Shown piece after piece: positions 19,379 through 33,179 of a stretch of DNA of 64,000 nucleotides; positions within the stretch are counted from its first letter, which is position 1, and each line of letters opens with the position of its first letter. The notes under the pieces were generated by a model, which ran no database searches, was not told where the DNA came from, and worked only from the letters and a program-made list of their open reading frames with translations. A program made the position numbers and the translations under genes. This DNA comes from Verrucomicrobiota bacterium (GTDB lineage: Bacteria > Verrucomicrobiota > Verrucomicrobiia > Limisphaerales > JADJPG01): contig JADJPG010000007.1 in the NCBI GenBank assembly GCA_016713365.1, forward strand, positions 27,454-91,453. Direction: 5' to 3'.

Positions 19379-20508
19379 CGTCGCCCACCAAACTGCTTTG
19401 CGAGCTCATCGCGCTGCCGAGCATCAACCCGGCGTTCGCGCCGGCCAACGATCCACGGGCGGGTGAGAAGAACGTCGCGGACTTCCTCGCCAGCGTCGCC
19501 GCGCAAGGCGGGCTGGATGTCGACCTTCAGGAAGTCCTGCCGGGACGATTCAATCTCATCGCCCGCCTCCTCCCCGCCGGCAAAGTGCGTCAGCGCATCG
19601 TTCTCGCGCCGCACATGGACACCGTGGGCGTCGCCAGCGACGAGCAGTTCCATCCGCAGCTCCGGAACGGTCGCATCTACGGGCGCGGCGCGTGCGACAC
19701 CAAAGGCAGCATCGCGGTCTTTCTCTCGGCCTTGCTGAACCTTGCTGCCGCGAAGAAACGTCCCGTCTCCACCGAAGTCATGCTCCTCGCGCTCGTAGAC
19801 GAGGAGAATGGCCAGGCCGGTTCACGCTTCGTCGCGAGGAGCCGGTTCAAGGCGGATCTCGCCATCGTCGGCGAACCGACGCGACTGCAAATTGTCACCG
19901 CCCACAAAGGCGATCTGTGGCTCCAACTGGAAACCCGCGGCAAGGCGGCGCACGGCTCGCGTCCCGAACTCGGCCGGAATGCGGTTCACGAAATGGCGAA
20001 GATCGTGAACTTGCTGGAGACCCGTTACGCGCGCGAACTTCGCAAACGACGCCATCCCCTGCTCCGACACCCGACCATCAACGTCGGCACCATCGCCGGC
20101 GGACGCCAGCCAAACATCGTGCCCGACAGCTGCGCGATTCGCATCGACCGCCGGACAACTCCGGGCGAGAACGACGCGGCGGTAAAGCGGGAGATCCTGA
20201 GTTTCATCCGGCGTCACGGCCTGTCGGCGACGATGATCGATACGAAGCACGAGGAGCCTGCTCCGCCGATGGAAACCAGCCTGAAGCTGCCGCTGGTGCA
20301 GCAGTTCCTCCAAGCCGCAAAACAAACCAAGCCGGTCGGCGTCGATTTCTTCACGGACGCCGGCGTGCTGGCCTCCGCGGGAATCCCCAGCGTCGTCTTC
20401 GGTCCCGGCGACATCGCACAAGCCCACACTGTCGATGAATGGGTGGCCGTCAGCCAGCTTGAGCGCGGGACCAAACTCCTCGGGCGGTTCCTGCAATCCC
20501 TCCCTTGA
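19375..20508 (+). CDS. M20 family metallopeptidase (ArgE/DapE-like deacylase).
   Basis: Metal-binding and catalytic blocks: LAPHMDTV, GRGACDTKG, LVDEENG and a C-terminal VFGPGDIAQAHTVDEWV. The start is placed at the ATG at 19375, overlapping the upstream stop. Confidence 0.85.
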   Translation: MTSPTKLLCELIALPSINPAFAPANDPRAGEKNVADFLASVAAQGGLDVDLQEVLPGRFNLIARLLPAGKVRQRIVLAPHMDTVGVASDEQFHPQLRNGRIYGRGACDTKGSIAVFLSALLNLAAAKKRPVSTEVMLLALVDEENGQAGSRFVARSRFKADLAIVGEPTRLQIVTAHKGDLWLQLETRGKAAHGSRPELGRNAVHEMAKIVNLLETRYARELRKRRHPLLRHPTINVGTIAGGRQPNIVPDSCAIRIDRRTTPGENDAAVKREILSFIRRHGLSATMIDTKHEEPAPPMETSLKLPLVQQFLQAAKQTKPVGVDFFTDAGVLASAGIPSVVFGPGDIAQAHTVDEWVAVSQLERGTKLLGRFLQSLP

Positions 20509-20569
20509 CCAGTTCATCAGTGAACGCCACGCTCAAGTCAGCCAAGATGACAGCCGTAACATTCCTCAC

Positions 20570-21846
20570 ATGAGCAAACTCGCCTTCTTTCGCCAGAGTG
20601 GCTGGATGGTCATCGCCACCACCGCCGGCGGCGCCTTAATGTGGCTCTCCATTACGTCACCAACCGCTCGATGCCTGAGGCGGAATATGGAGTGTTCACC
20701 ACCTTGCTGCAGGTGCTGAACATCATGACGATTCCGGCGATAGGACTCCAGCTGACCTTTGTCCAGCAATCTGCGACCGCGGAAGACGAAGCCGCGCGGG
20801 CTCGGCTTGCCGGCACTGCCCGAGCCCTGCTCAAAGGAACATTCCTCCTCTGGCTGGCGGGCGTCGCTGCTGTCTGGTTGTTCCAACGACAGATTCTCGC
20901 CGACTACAAAATTGCGTATCCGGGCGCGCTGTGGGCCCTCGTGGCGTTGGGTCTCACCTCGCTTTGGTCGCCGGTGTTCATGGGCATACTACAAGGTCGC
21001 CAGAATTTTCTCTGGCTCGGCAGCGCCTCCATCCTCAATGGCGCCACACGATTCGGCACTGCAATTCTCTTCGTCGCCCTGCTCTCCATGAACTCCACCG
21101 GTGCCATGCTGGCAGCAGTGCTTGGCATGGTGGTGGCGATGGCGATCGCCGCCTCGCAAATCCGCGACGTATTCACTGGGCCATCTACTCGGTTCGACTG
21201 GGCAGCGTGGCTGAAGCGGGCCACACCTGTCACTCTGGGTTATGGCGCGGCCACATTGGTTCTCGCGATGGACATGATTGTCGTGCAGAAGTTTTTCCCT
21301 GACGGAAAAGAGAACGGCATCTACGGCGCAGCCGGGACGATTGGACGCGCCGTATTCTTCTTCCTCGCGCCGATGACCACCGTGATGTTTCCGAAGGTGG
21401 CCCAAAGCGCAGCGCGCTCCGAGAATTCGTCCGTGCTGATGCAGGCCATGGGAGCCACGGCGTTCATGGGGGTAGGTGCCGCGTTGTGCTGCACTTTCCT
21501 GGCGGAACTTCCTTTTCGCATTGGCTACAAGCCGGAGTACGCACCCGCCGCGAAACTTCTTCCTCTGTTCGCGTAATGCATGCTGCCGCTTCCGTTGGCC
21601 AATGTGCTGGTGAACAACCTTCTCGCCCGCGAACGCTACGGCGTGGTGCCGTGGTTGGTGGCAATCGCCGCCGCATATTACTTCGCCTTGAATCACGTCG
21701 CTCAAATCCAGCCGCAACGCTTCGAGAACATCATCTGGACGCTGGGAGGTTTCGGCCTGCTGCTGCTCCTCGTCTGCCTCGTCTATACCTGGCAGGACTT
21801 CAGACGCCTGAAGGCAGGCGCCACGCTTCAATCGGTCAATGCGTGA
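20570..21846 (+). pseudogene. Oligosaccharide flippase / polysaccharide biosynthesis (Wzx or MATE-like) membrane protein, disrupted by a frameshift near 20645 and an in-frame TAA at 21577.
   Basis: N-terminus MSKLAFFRQSGWMVIATTAGGALMW is in one frame; the polytopic membrane body (ORF 20641-21576) is in another; the C-terminal segment (21580-21846) continues in the same frame across a TAA stop. Confidence 0.65.
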
Positions 21847-21899
21847 AATCCGTGTCCCACGACTTCGTGGGACGACGCAGCAGCGGAGCTTTGAGTTTG

Positions 21900-22671
21900 A
21901 GGTAAACCACGTCTCAATTGGCCGAAAAATCGGCAGTAGTGGTTTGAGCGGCGAATGCACGAGACGCAGGCGAATAATGGAGAGCAGCATCGTCAGCGAC
22001 GTCCGGCCCAGCACCACTTTGGAGCCCATCTTGTCCGTCCATTCCGTCGGCACTTCCAGAATTTTGAACCCAGCGCGCTTGATGGCGTAGAGCAGATTGA
22101 TGTCGAACGCCATGTCCGCGATGCGCAGGAGATGATGCACCTTCTCGATGACCTCGCGCCGCATGACTTTCGCGCCGCACTGCGTGTCCTTGATGTTCAG
22201 CCAGAACATCAACTGCACGATGAGGTGAAACACTCGGCTCGCGAACTGGCGCTGACCCGTTTGCTGCTGGTGAAGAACTGCCCCGGGCAGCCAGCGTGAG
22301 GCAATGACGCAATCGGCCTTATCGCGCAGCTTCACCAGATCGTGAAACGCCTTCGGCGACGTCGCGCCATCTGCATCCACGTAACCGATGTAGTCGGTCA
22401 GCGGAGCTAGCTTGAGGCCTTCTATGAGCGCTCCGCCTTTGCCGATCGGCGCCTGAAACTCGAGCCAGCTGATCTCAGAATTCGTCTCGGCGACACGCTT
22501 GACGACACCGATGGTGTTGTCGACGCAGCCATTGAGAATCACCACCAGTTGAAAATCACCGCCGTAATTCTTACGGAAATAATCCGCATACTCGCGGAGC
22601 ACGGGTTCAATCCGTTCCTCCTCGTTGTACGCCGGTATCAGCACCAACAGGCTGGGACTTTTCTGGGTCAC
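21900..22671 (-). CDS. Family 2 glycosyltransferase (polyprenyl-phosphate sugar transferase-like). The 3' end is uncertain.
   Basis: N-terminal LLVLIPAYNEEERI, DAD motif YVDADG and QCGAK in ORF 20989-22671 (minus). Only the first roughly 260 codons look like real protein; the rest is antisense to the flippase gene. Confidence 0.75.
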
Positions 22672-22788
22672 GGCGGAGGTTTTTAGCGAAGGGACCGCTG
22701 GAAAGCAAAGCCGGAACAGCCGGACAAAAATTAAAACCGCGGGTCAGCGGTTGGGAATCACCAACCACTGTTTCACTGACGCAACGAC

Positions 22789-23565
22789 TCAACCCACGCC
22801 GCCACCCTCCATCGCCTTCGGCTCGCCTTTGAGCAGCGCCACGCCGTAGTCGCGGTTCATGCGGGCGATGAAGTCGAGGGAGATTTCCTTCGGGCAGACC
22901 GCTTCGCAACTTCCAGTGACCGTGCAGCCGCCGAAGCCTTCGGCGTCCATCTGATCGACCATCGCCTTCACGCGCTTGTAGCGTTCAGGCTGGCCCTGCG
23001 GCATGAGGCCGAGGTGGGAAACCTTCGCCGCGACGAAGAGCATGGCACTGGCATTCTTGCAAGCCGCCACGCACGCGCCGCAACCGATGCACTGGGCGGC
23101 ATCCATTGCGAGATCGGCGTTTTCCTTCGGTACCGGAATCGAGTTCGCATCCGGCGCTGCGCCAGTACGGACGCTGATGAATCCGCCCGCGTGTTGGATG
23201 CGATCAAACGCCGCACGATCCACGACTAAATCCTTGATGAGCGGAAACGCCTTCGCGCGGAACGGCTCGATAACAATCTCGTCGCCATTCTTGAAGCTGC
23301 GCATGTAGGTCTGGCAGGTCGCAACGCCCTGATGCGGGCCGTGCGGCTTGCCGTCGATGACGAGCGAGCAGGTGCCGCAGATGCCTTCGCGGCAATCGTG
23401 GTCGAAGGCGATCGGTTCCTCGCCTTTGTTCGCGAGCTCCTCGTTCACCACGTCGAGCATCTCGAGGAACGACATGTTCTCGTTCAGATCAGGCGAGCTG
23501 TAGGTCTTGAACCCGCCGGGCGTGTTGGCGTTCTTCTGCCGCCAGACTTTCAGTGTGACTTTCAT
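22789..23565 (-). CDS. sdhB: Succinate dehydrogenase / fumarate reductase iron-sulfur subunit.
   Basis: 2Fe-2S cluster (CREGICGTC), 4Fe-4S (CIGCGAC) and 3Fe-4S ([12 protein letters not shown]) cysteine clusters. Confidence 0.95.
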   Translation of the reverse strand: MKVTLKVWRQKNANTPGGFKTYSSPDLNENMSFLEMLDVVNEELANKGEEPIAFDHDCREGICGTCSLVIDGKPHGPHQGVATCQTYMRSFKNGDEIVIEPFRAKAFPLIKDLVVDRAAFDRIQHAGGFISVRTGAAPDANSIPVPKENADLAMDAAQCIGCGACVAACKNASAMLFVAAKVSHLGLMPQGQPERYKRVKAMVDQMDAEGFGGCTVTGSCEAVCPKEISLDFIARMNRDYGVALLKGEPKAMEGGGVG

Positions 23566-23596
23566 CGCGTCTTAAATCGTTCAGAGTTCTCGCGTC

Positions 23597-25558
<1,962 letters not shown>

Positions 25559-25559
25559 G

Positions 25560-26351
25560 TTACTTCGCCTCCTTTCCGTTCACTTCAGCGATCAGCGTGG
25601 CGGCAGGCGGTGACGATTGCGAGAATTGATGCTTCGCCTTCTCGGCGTAATCCGCGCCGACGATGCGCAGGAAAATCGCGACCGGGATGATCGCGTAGCC
25701 GATGAAAATCCCGATGCTCGCCAGCTTGGCGAAGCCTTGAACGCGCGGCCACCAGACGTGGTTCCGCAACCCGAGCGACTGGAACATGCTCGCGAGTCCG
25801 TGACCGAGGTGATTGAAAAGCATCCACTGCGCGATGAGGTAGAACGCCACGACCCACCAGACTTGGAAACCGAGAATCATCATCGCGTAAACATCCGGCA
25901 CCGTTTGGCCGTGGAGCACCGTGGTGAGCTTGCGGAAGTCGCCTGTGCCGTTCACGCCCGGCAGCAGCGCCGTGAAGTGCGCGAGGTGATAGACCACGAA
26001 CGCGAGAATCACCAAACCGCTCACGATCATGTATTGCGACGCTTTCGACGCACCGTAGGCGGAACCGCCGGCGTAACCTTGCGGGCGCGCCTCCTTGTTC
26101 ATCGCTGTCAATTGGACAGCCGCGAGGATGTGCAGCCCGACGCAGGCCAGTAACCCGAGGCGCGCGCCCCAGAGGAGGCCGGGCTTCGACTTGAGGAAGT
26201 GCGCGTAAGTGTTAATGAGTTCGGGCTGCCCGAACACTTGGAGGTTGCCCAGCAGATGCCCGATGAGGAAGAAAAAGAGCGCACAGCCCGTGAGAGCCAT
26301 GATGTATTTTTTCCCCAGTGACGATTGCCAGACTCGATTGATCAGATTCAT
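25560..26351 (-). CDS. sdhC: Succinate dehydrogenase / fumarate reductase cytochrome b subunit (type B, five TM helices).
   Basis: Five hydrophobic helices with conserved His ligands. The gene is immediately upstream of sdhA-sdhB on the same strand, with a 1-nt gap to sdhA. Confidence 0.88.
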   Translation of the reverse strand: MNLINRVWQSSLGKKYIMALTGCALFFFLIGHLLGNLQVFGQPELINTYAHFLKSKPGLLWGARLGLLACVGLHILAAVQLTAMNKEARPQGYAGGSAYGASKASQYMIVSGLVILAFVVYHLAHFTALLPGVNGTGDFRKLTTVLHGQTVPDVYAMMILGFQVWWVVAFYLIAQWMLFNHLGHGLASMFQSLGLRNHVWWPRVQGFAKLASIGIFIGYAIIPVAIFLRIVGADYAEKAKHQFSQSSPPAATLIAEVNGKEAK

Positions 26352-26390
26352 GGAGTCAATGGCCGGACCGCATCCGGCTAATGGTTGGGG

Positions 26391-26420
26391 AATCTATTAA
26401 GCGCCGAGAGGGCAAGTCAA
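26391..26420 (-). promoter_or_regulatory. Putative sigma70-type promoter for sdhCAB.
   Basis: On the minus strand: TTGACT, 18 nt, TAGATT, about 40-70 nt upstream of the sdhC ATG. Confidence 0.35.
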
Positions 26421-26490
26421 CGCGCTGGTTCAAGTATAAGGGAGCCTTCCCCGCTGGTGAATGGTGCTAATCGGGAATTCCCGTCCCGTC

Positions 26491-27168
26491 TCAGCGCGCC
26501 ACGAAGTCGAGCACCGCCGCAAGTGAGCGAACGGCATCCGGTTCCGTTCCCCTGCCCTTTCGATCGAGCAACAGCCCGTGCAATCCAGCCGACCGGGCGC
26601 CGTGGCAATCCTCCATCGCGCTGTCGCCGATGTGCAGAATAGTTTCCGCCGGCACCTCCAGATCCGCCGCCACACGCTGGAAGATTGCCGGGGAAGGCTT
26701 GGTCACGCCGACGTCGTGTGAGACCACCACCGCGTCGAAATGCCCGATGAGTTCCAACTTCTGCAGCAACGGACGGAGGCGCTCGTCCCAGTTTGAAACG
26801 ATGGCGAGTTTCCATCCGCGTTCGCGCACCGCAGCAAGCGTCGGCCAAACATCGTCAAAGATTCGCCATGGCTCGGGACGAGCGAAGGCGTCGTACATCG
26901 CATCGAAACATTCCCGACTCGGCACTTCCGGCGAAAGGCCGGCAAACGATGCGTTCACCAGTTCACGCCAGGCCTCCCGCGAATAATCGAAGTCTCGGCG
27001 CGCCTTCCAGGCGGATCCGAACTGACGGTTCAAGTCCTCCGGCTCGACCGGTGGGATGCCAAACTGCGCTGCAACGCTCGCGTAGATGTGTCCGACCGAC
27101 GGCCACGGTTCGATCAACGTGCCACCGACATCGAAGCTGACGGCGCGAATGTCCAGATGGCGATTCAT
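26491..27168 (-). CDS. HAD family hydrolase.
   Basis: Motif I FDVGGTL, motif II SN, and a motif III/IV GDSAMED-like block. 225 aa. Confidence 0.85.
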   Translation of the reverse strand: MNRHLDIRAVSFDVGGTLIEPWPSVGHIYASVAAQFGIPPVEPEDLNRQFGSAWKARRDFDYSREAWRELVNASFAGLSPEVPSRECFDAMYDAFARPEPWRIFDDVWPTLAAVRERGWKLAIVSNWDERLRPLLQKLELIGHFDAVVVSHDVGVTKPSPAIFQRVAADLEVPAETILHIGDSAMEDCHGARSAGLHGLLLDRKGRGTEPDAVRSLAAVLDFVAR

Positions 27169-27175
27169 CGCTCAA

Positions 27176-28462
27176 TCACGCATCCGGCCGCCGCTGGAGA
27201 TTCGTCCGCAGCGTCTCGGCGGACACTTCCCCTTCCCAGCGGCTGACCACGAGTGTGGCCACACCGTTTCCGACAAGGTTCGTCAGCGCGCGGCACTCGC
27301 TCATGAACCGGTCGATGCCGACGAGGATCGCGAGCGATTCAATCGGCACGGCGGGAATCGTGGCCAACGTCGCCGCCAGCGTGATGAAGCCCGCGCCCGT
27401 CACTCCGCTCGCGCCTTTCGAAGTCACCATCGCGACCAACAAGAACTGAATCTGCTGTTCCAGCGTGAGCGTGATGTTGGTTGCCTGCGCGAGGAACAGC
27501 GCCGCCATCGTCATGTAGATGTTGGTGCCGTCGAGATTGAAACTGTAGCCGGTCGGAATCACGAGTCCCGCCGTGGACTTCGCGACGCCGAGTCGTTGCA
27601 TCTTCTGGATCATGCCAGGCAGCGCCGTTTCCGAAGAGCTTGTCCCAAGCACGAGCAGCAGTTCGTCCTTGATGAACCGCATGAACGCGAAGATAGAGAA
27701 ACCACACTTCCAGGCGATCGCTCCAAGCACGACAACGACGAACACGATCGCCGTGGCGTAAAAGCAAAGCATCAACGCGAGCAGGCGATTCAGCGATTCG
27801 AAGCCGTAGCTGCCGATCGTAAAGCCCATCGCACCGAAGGCACCGAGCGGAGCCACTTTCACGACAATCCGCATCACGCCGAAGAATGCCTCCGCAATGC
27901 GGTCGATCGCGTGCAGGAGCGCAGCTCCCTTCTCGCGCATCGCGGTGATCGCCAGAGCCATGAGCACGGCGATGAAGAGCACCTGGAGCAAATCGCCGGT
28001 GACGAACGGTTCGAGGAAGGTTCCCGGAATGATGTTCAGGAGAAAGCCGACAGTGCTGAGCGATTTGGCCTTCTGCGTGTAGCTGTCTGTCGCCGAGTGA
28101 TCGAGCGCCTTCGGGTCGATGTTGAAGCCTTCCCCGGGCTTCACGAAATTCACCACCACAAGCCCAATGATCAGCGCGATGGTGGAAACGATTTCAAAAT
28201 AGAGCAGCGCCTTGAAACCGAGCCGTCCGAGTTTCTTCAACTCGCCCATCGACGCGATGCCGTGGACCACCGTGCAAAAGATGATCGGAGCGATCATCAT
28301 CTTCACCAGCTTGATGAATCCGTCGCCGAGCGGCTTCAGCTCTTTGCCGGCCTCCGGCCAAAGCCCACCGACGAGGATGCCCAACAACACTCCGATGATC
28401 ACCTGCACGTAGAGATGGCTGAACCACGAGCGGGCGGGCGGCGAAGCGGCGGCGGCGTTCAT
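27176..28462 (-). CDS. dctA: C4-dicarboxylate / cation symporter of the DAACS family.
   Basis: Strong similarity pattern to DctA/GltP: [22 protein letters not shown] and NLDGT. The start is placed at MNAAAAS (28462) within ORF 27176-28507. Confidence 0.9.
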   Translation of the reverse strand: MNAAAASPPARSWFSHLYVQVIIGVLLGILVGGLWPEAGKELKPLGDGFIKLVKMMIAPIIFCTVVHGIASMGELKKLGRLGFKALLYFEIVSTIALIIGLVVVNFVKPGEGFNIDPKALDHSATDSYTQKAKSLSTVGFLLNIIPGTFLEPFVTGDLLQVLFIAVLMALAITAMREKGAALLHAIDRIAEAFFGVMRIVVKVAPLGAFGAMGFTIGSYGFESLNRLLALMLCFYATAIVFVVVVLGAIAWKCGFSIFAFMRFIKDELLLVLGTSSSETALPGMIQKMQRLGVAKSTAGLVIPTGYSFNLDGTNIYMTMAALFLAQATNITLTLEQQIQFLLVAMVTSKGASGVTGAGFITLAATLATIPAVPIESLAILVGIDRFMSECRALTNLVGNGVATLVVSRWEGEVSAETLRTNLQRRPDA

Positions 28463-28629
28463 CAGTTTGGAGCGAGTTCGCGATTGTTTTGACACAACCG
28501 CCCGCAACCGGGCGAGCGCTTACTTGCAACGCGCGCGTTGAGGCAGAGTGAACACAAGACAACAAAGAGAACGAAGTGGCGCATCGGTTCGCCTGCGGCC
28601 TGAATCCATTCCGGTGGTCCTACTTCCTC

Positions 28630-31242
28630 CTACTTCTTGATCCTGAAGAAGCGGTGGTCTGGGGAGAGGTCGATGGAGGCGGGGCTGGTGGGATTGCCGT
28701 CGACGGCGGTCCAGGGACCCGTGACAGCCGGGGCGCTTTCGAGCACGCCGCCGCCAGTCCATTCGAGGGTGATCTGGCCAGCGCTGAGGCTCGGGGCGGC
28801 GAACTGCGGCGGCACGACCGCCGGTTGCACTTGAGCACGCCCAGGTAGGTGAAGTGGTTGCCGTTGTTGTTCGACGCGGCGGGCGCCAGGCTGATGGTCA
28901 GCTCTCCCGTTTCGCTGGGACGCGCTCCGAGCACTTGCGCCACGTTGGTCACGTTGTTGGCGGCGTTGAGTTCGGCCGTCGCGGTGGCCGCGCCTGCCAC
29001 GGTGTAGCGGGTGGTGCGGTTGTCGCCCACTCCCGTGCGCGAGGCGTAGAAGGTGAGGTTGTAGCCCAGCGCAGGGTCCAGTCCCGTGAGTTTGAACTTC
29101 GGGAAGATGTTCGTCAGCGTGTTGAACGGCTCGGTGTTCCCGTAGAGCGAGTCGCGGGTGGCGTCCACCGGGAAGAGCGTGGCGGCGGTCGTCCCGTTTT
29201 CGTTGGCTCCGTTGAAGCGCTCGATCATCGCCAGGCTCACCGCGGTCGCCGTGTTGTCGGTGGTGACGAGGTTCGGCAGCACGCCGTCGGAGGTCGAGCC
29301 CACGGTCGTGGTGAGGTTGTTCCAGTGGTTGATCGGATCATCAGGCGACGCACCGTTGAGCGTGGTGTTGCCGCCGCCAAAGTCGATGAGCAGGACCTGC
29401 GCTTCCGGGCCGGGCACGGTGCCGGTGATGGTGGTGTTGGGCGCGATGGTGTTGAGGGAGAGGTCTTGCACGTCGCTGATCACGACGGTGAAGGGGCTGC
29501 CGGCTTCCAGCTCGGCATTGAGGCTCAGCACCACCGTCCGCCCGTCGGGCCGCAACTCGGCGGCAATCACGCCCGGGGTGCCGCCGTTGACTTCGTAGAA
29601 GAACGGCACGTTGGCCGTGAAGACGTCGAGTGTTTCGTTGAAGAGCAGTTCGATCGTCTGCCGGTTGCGCGCGGTGGCGGTGAGGACTTCCGGCGCGATG
29701 GTGTCGTTGACCACGCGCGCAGCAGCGTTGCTGCTGGTCACGCCAAAGGCGGTTGCTCACGCTCACCGAATACAGGCTGCCGTCGAGATCCAGCGTGGCC
29801 GAGGCGATGGTGTAGTTGAACTGCGTGGCGCCTTCGATCGGTTCGCCGTTGCGCAGCCATTGGACCTGATACGGCGGCGGGCCGGACACCGCCGCGCTGA
29901 ACGTCACCGGCTGCAGTTCCAGCGCGCGCTGCGTCACCGGCTCCAGCGTGAAGGCCAGCGGCGTTTGCGGCGGCACCGCGTCCACCCGCAGCACACCCAG
30001 ATACGTGAAATGGTTCGCGTTGTTGTTGTTCTCCGTCGGCGCCAGGCTGATCGTGATCTCGCCCGCTTCCGTCGGCGTGATGTCCGCCACCGTGGCCGTG
30101 TTGTCCACGTTGTTCGCCGCGTCCAGCGCCGCGAAGCCCTGGTTGGCTCCCACCACCGTGTAGCCCGTCTCCCGCACGTCGCCCACGCCCGTGCGCGACG
30201 CGTAAAAGCTGAAGCTGTAGACCGTCTGCGTATCCAGCCCCGTCAGCTTGAAGCTCGGGAAGATGTTGCTCACGTTGTTGAAAGTCTCCGTGTTCCCGAA
30301 CAGCGAATCGCGCGTCGCGTTGAGCGGGTAAACCGTGCTCACCGTCGTCCCTGCCTCGTTCACCCCGTTGAACCGGCTCACCACCACCAGGCTCATCGTC
30401 GAGGACACGTTCTGCACCGTCACCGCGTTCGAATACGATCCCGTGTCCGCCGTCAGCGCCGCCCCCACGTTGTTCCAGTATCTCACTGGATCATTCGGCG
30501 ACGCCCCCAACCCCACTCCCGTCCCGCCGGCGCCAAGATCAAAGAGAAAAGTTCCGCCCATCGGGGCTTTCCAATCATCCAGCACCGGCTCGATGATCGA
30601 TGTCCAGAGCGTGTAGCCCGCGGCGTTCATGTGCAGCATGTCGGAGAGGAACAGCTCCGGGCGCGGCTGGCCGGACGTGTTCAACATCGGCGTGTGCGTA
30701 TCGATATAGCGATGTCCGCGCGCCTCAGCGAGGGCACGCACTTGAGCATTTAGCTGTTGCATCTGGGTGAGCAGATGAGCGCGACTGGGGCTCGGTTTGA
30801 CGGAGACGAATCCGATGATCGTGCCTGGCAGTTGAAGCTCCACCCGCGCCAGAAAGTTCGAGTAGTCGTTAAAGACCTGGCTGACGGACTTTCCGGCGGC
30901 GAGATCGTTGTCACCTTCGTACACGACGATGTGCGGCGGACGGTATCGCGCCACGACGCGATCAAAATAAAACAGCACATCGCTCATCTGCGAGCCGCCG
31001 AAACCACGGTTCAGCACGGAATGTTCGGGGAAGGAAGCGGCGAGATTTGGCCAGCTGTTGAAGGTGGATGAACCGACAAACAACGTCGCTCCAGGCGGAG
31101 GAGGACGCAGCGCATCCTCGGCTTCAAACGCCTGAATTTCGGATTCAAGGGAGGCTTTTGCGACGTTCGGGAGCAACACCACGAGCAGCGCCAGGACCTG
31201 CAGAACGAGCTTCGGGAACGAGTGACGGTTGTGGAACTTCAT
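28630..31242 (-). CDS. Secreted SGNH/GDSL hydrolase-domain protein with two tandem roughly 200-aa repeat domains and a C-terminal FFRIKK module. It is interrupted by small indels (about 29745 and 28845).
   Basis: ORF 29341-31242 holds the signal peptide, an SGNH esterase domain (VVYEGDNDL, LSDMLHMNAAGY) and repeat 1 (FLFDLGAGGTG...NHFTYLGVLRV). ORF 28620-29741 holds repeat 2 (LLIDFGGGNTT...NHFTYLGVLK). The third frame (28630-28830) gives the end ...LEWTGGGVLESAPAVTGPWTAVDG...DHRFFRIKK. The duplicate copy reads through both frameshift points. Confidence 0.75.
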
Positions 31243-31346
31243 AGAGACAACTCTGACCGATCAGAGGCTAAAAACCCTCGAAGGCTGGCGCCACACGGCG
31301 ACAACCTGCGAGGGCGATTGTTTTCAATTATCAACTTCAACCCGCC

Positions 31347-33179
31347 CTACTTCTTGATCCTGAAGAAGCGGTGGTCTGGGGAGAGGTCGAGGGAGGCGGG
31401 GCTGGTGGGATTGCCTTCGACGGCGGTCCGGGGACCCGTGACAGCCGGGGCGCTTTCGAGCACGCCGCCGCCAGTCCATTCGAGGGTGATCTGGCCAGCG
31501 CTGAGGCTCGGGGCGGCGAACTGCGGCGGCACGACCGCCGGTTGCACTTTGAGCACGCCCAGGTAGGTGAAGTGGTTGCCGTTGTTGTTCGACGCGGCGG
31601 GCGCCAGGCTGATGGTCAGCTCTCCCGTTTCGCTGGGACGCGCGCCGAGCACTTGCACGGTGTTGGTCACGTTGTTGGCGGCGTTGAGTTCGGCGAGTCG
31701 CGGGTGGCGTCCACCGGGAAGAGCGTGGCGGCGGTCGTCCCGTTTTCGTTGGCTCCGTTGAAGCGCTCGATCATCGCCAGGCTCACCGCGGTCGCCGTGT
31801 TGTCGGTGGTGACGAGGTTCGGCAGCACGCCGTCGGAGGTCGAGCCCACGGTCGTGGTGAGGTTGTTCCAGTGGTTGATCGGATCATCAGGCGACGCACC
31901 GTTGAGCGTGGTGTTGCCGCCGCCAAGTCGATGAGCAGGACCTGCGCTTCCGGGCCGGGCACGGTGCCGGTGATGGTGGTGTTGGGCGCGATGGTGTTGA
32001 GGAGAGGTCTTGCACGTCGCTGATCACGACGGTGAAGGGGCTGCCGGCTTCCAGCTCGGCATTGAGGCTCGCACCACCGTCCGCCCGTCGGGCCGCAACT
32101 CGGCGGCAATCACGCCCGGGGTGCCGCCGTTGACTTCGTAGAAGAACGGCACGTTGGCCGTGAAGGCGTCGAGTGTTTCGTTGAAGAGCAGTTCGATCGT
32201 CTGCCGGTTGCGCGCGGTGGCGGTGAGGACTTCCGGCGCGATGGTGTCGTTGACCACGCGCAGCAGCGCGTTGCTGCTGGTCACGCCAAAGGCCAGGTTG
32301 CTGACCGTCACCGAATACAGGCTGCCGTCGAGATCCAGCGTGGCCGAGGCGATGGTGTAGTTGAACTGCGTGGCGCCTTCGATCGGTTCGCCGTTGCGCA
32401 GCCATTGGACCTGATACGGCGGCGGACCGGACACCGCCGCGCTGAACGTCACCGGCTGCAGTTCCAGCGCGCGCTGCGTCACCGGCTCCAGCGTGAAGGC
32501 CAGCGGCGTTTGCGGCGGCACCGCGTCCACCCGCAGCACACCCAGATACGTGAAATGGTTCGCGTTGTTGTTGTTCTCCGTCGGCGCCAGGCTGATCGTG
32601 ATCTCGCCCGCTTCCGTCGGCGTGATGTCCGCCACCGTGGCCGTGTTGTCCACGTTGTTCGCCGCGTCCAGCGCCGCGAAGCCCTGGTTGGCTCCCACCA
32701 CCGTGTAGCCCGTCTCCGCACGTCGCCCACGCCCGTGCGCGACGCAAAGCTGAAGCTGTAGACCGTCTGCGTATCCAGCCCCGTCAGCTTGAAGCTCGGG
32801 AAGATGTTGCTCACGTTGTTGAACGTCTCCGTGTTCCCGAACAGCGAATCGCGCGTCGCGTTGAGCGGGTAAACCGTGCTCACCGTCGTCCCCTCATTTC
32901 ACCCGCTGAACCGGCTCACCACCACCAGGCTCATCGTCGAGGACACGTTCTTCTCGTCACCGCGTTCGAATACGATCCCAGGCCCGCCGTCAGCGCCGCC
33001 CCCACGTTGTTCCAGTATCTCACTGGATCATTCGGCGACGCCCCCAACCCCACTCCCGTCCCGCCGGCGCCAAGATCAAAGAGAAAAGTTTGCGCCGGGG
33101 ACGAAATGGCAACAGCGAGGCCGGCGAGCGTGAAGAAATTGCTGAGAACCTTCTTTCGCGATGAAATGAATCGATACAT
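31347..33179 (-). pseudogene. Decayed tandem paralog of the repeat-domain portion of the 28630-31242 gene. It has its own signal peptide and no SGNH domain, and carries multiple indels and a roughly 190-bp deletion.
   Basis: Near 100% nucleotide identity with 28621-30560 over long stretches. Reading frames are fragmented across at least 6 ORFs (32931-33179, 32479-32883, 32024-32701, 31887-32747, 31667-31849, 31347-31670). It begins MYRFISSRKKVLSNFFTLAGLAVAISSPAQTFLFDLGAGG. Confidence 0.7.

Noticed and set aside
20989-21850. 3' 860 bp of the 560-aa minus-strand ORF 20989-22671.
   Set aside because: Only the 5' roughly 260 codons (GT2 domain) look like real protein. The remainder is antisense read-through across the flippase CDS with no stop codon by chance.
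27086-28492. Plus-strand 468-aa ORF.
   Set aside because: Antisense to dctA. Arg/His/Glu-rich nonsense.
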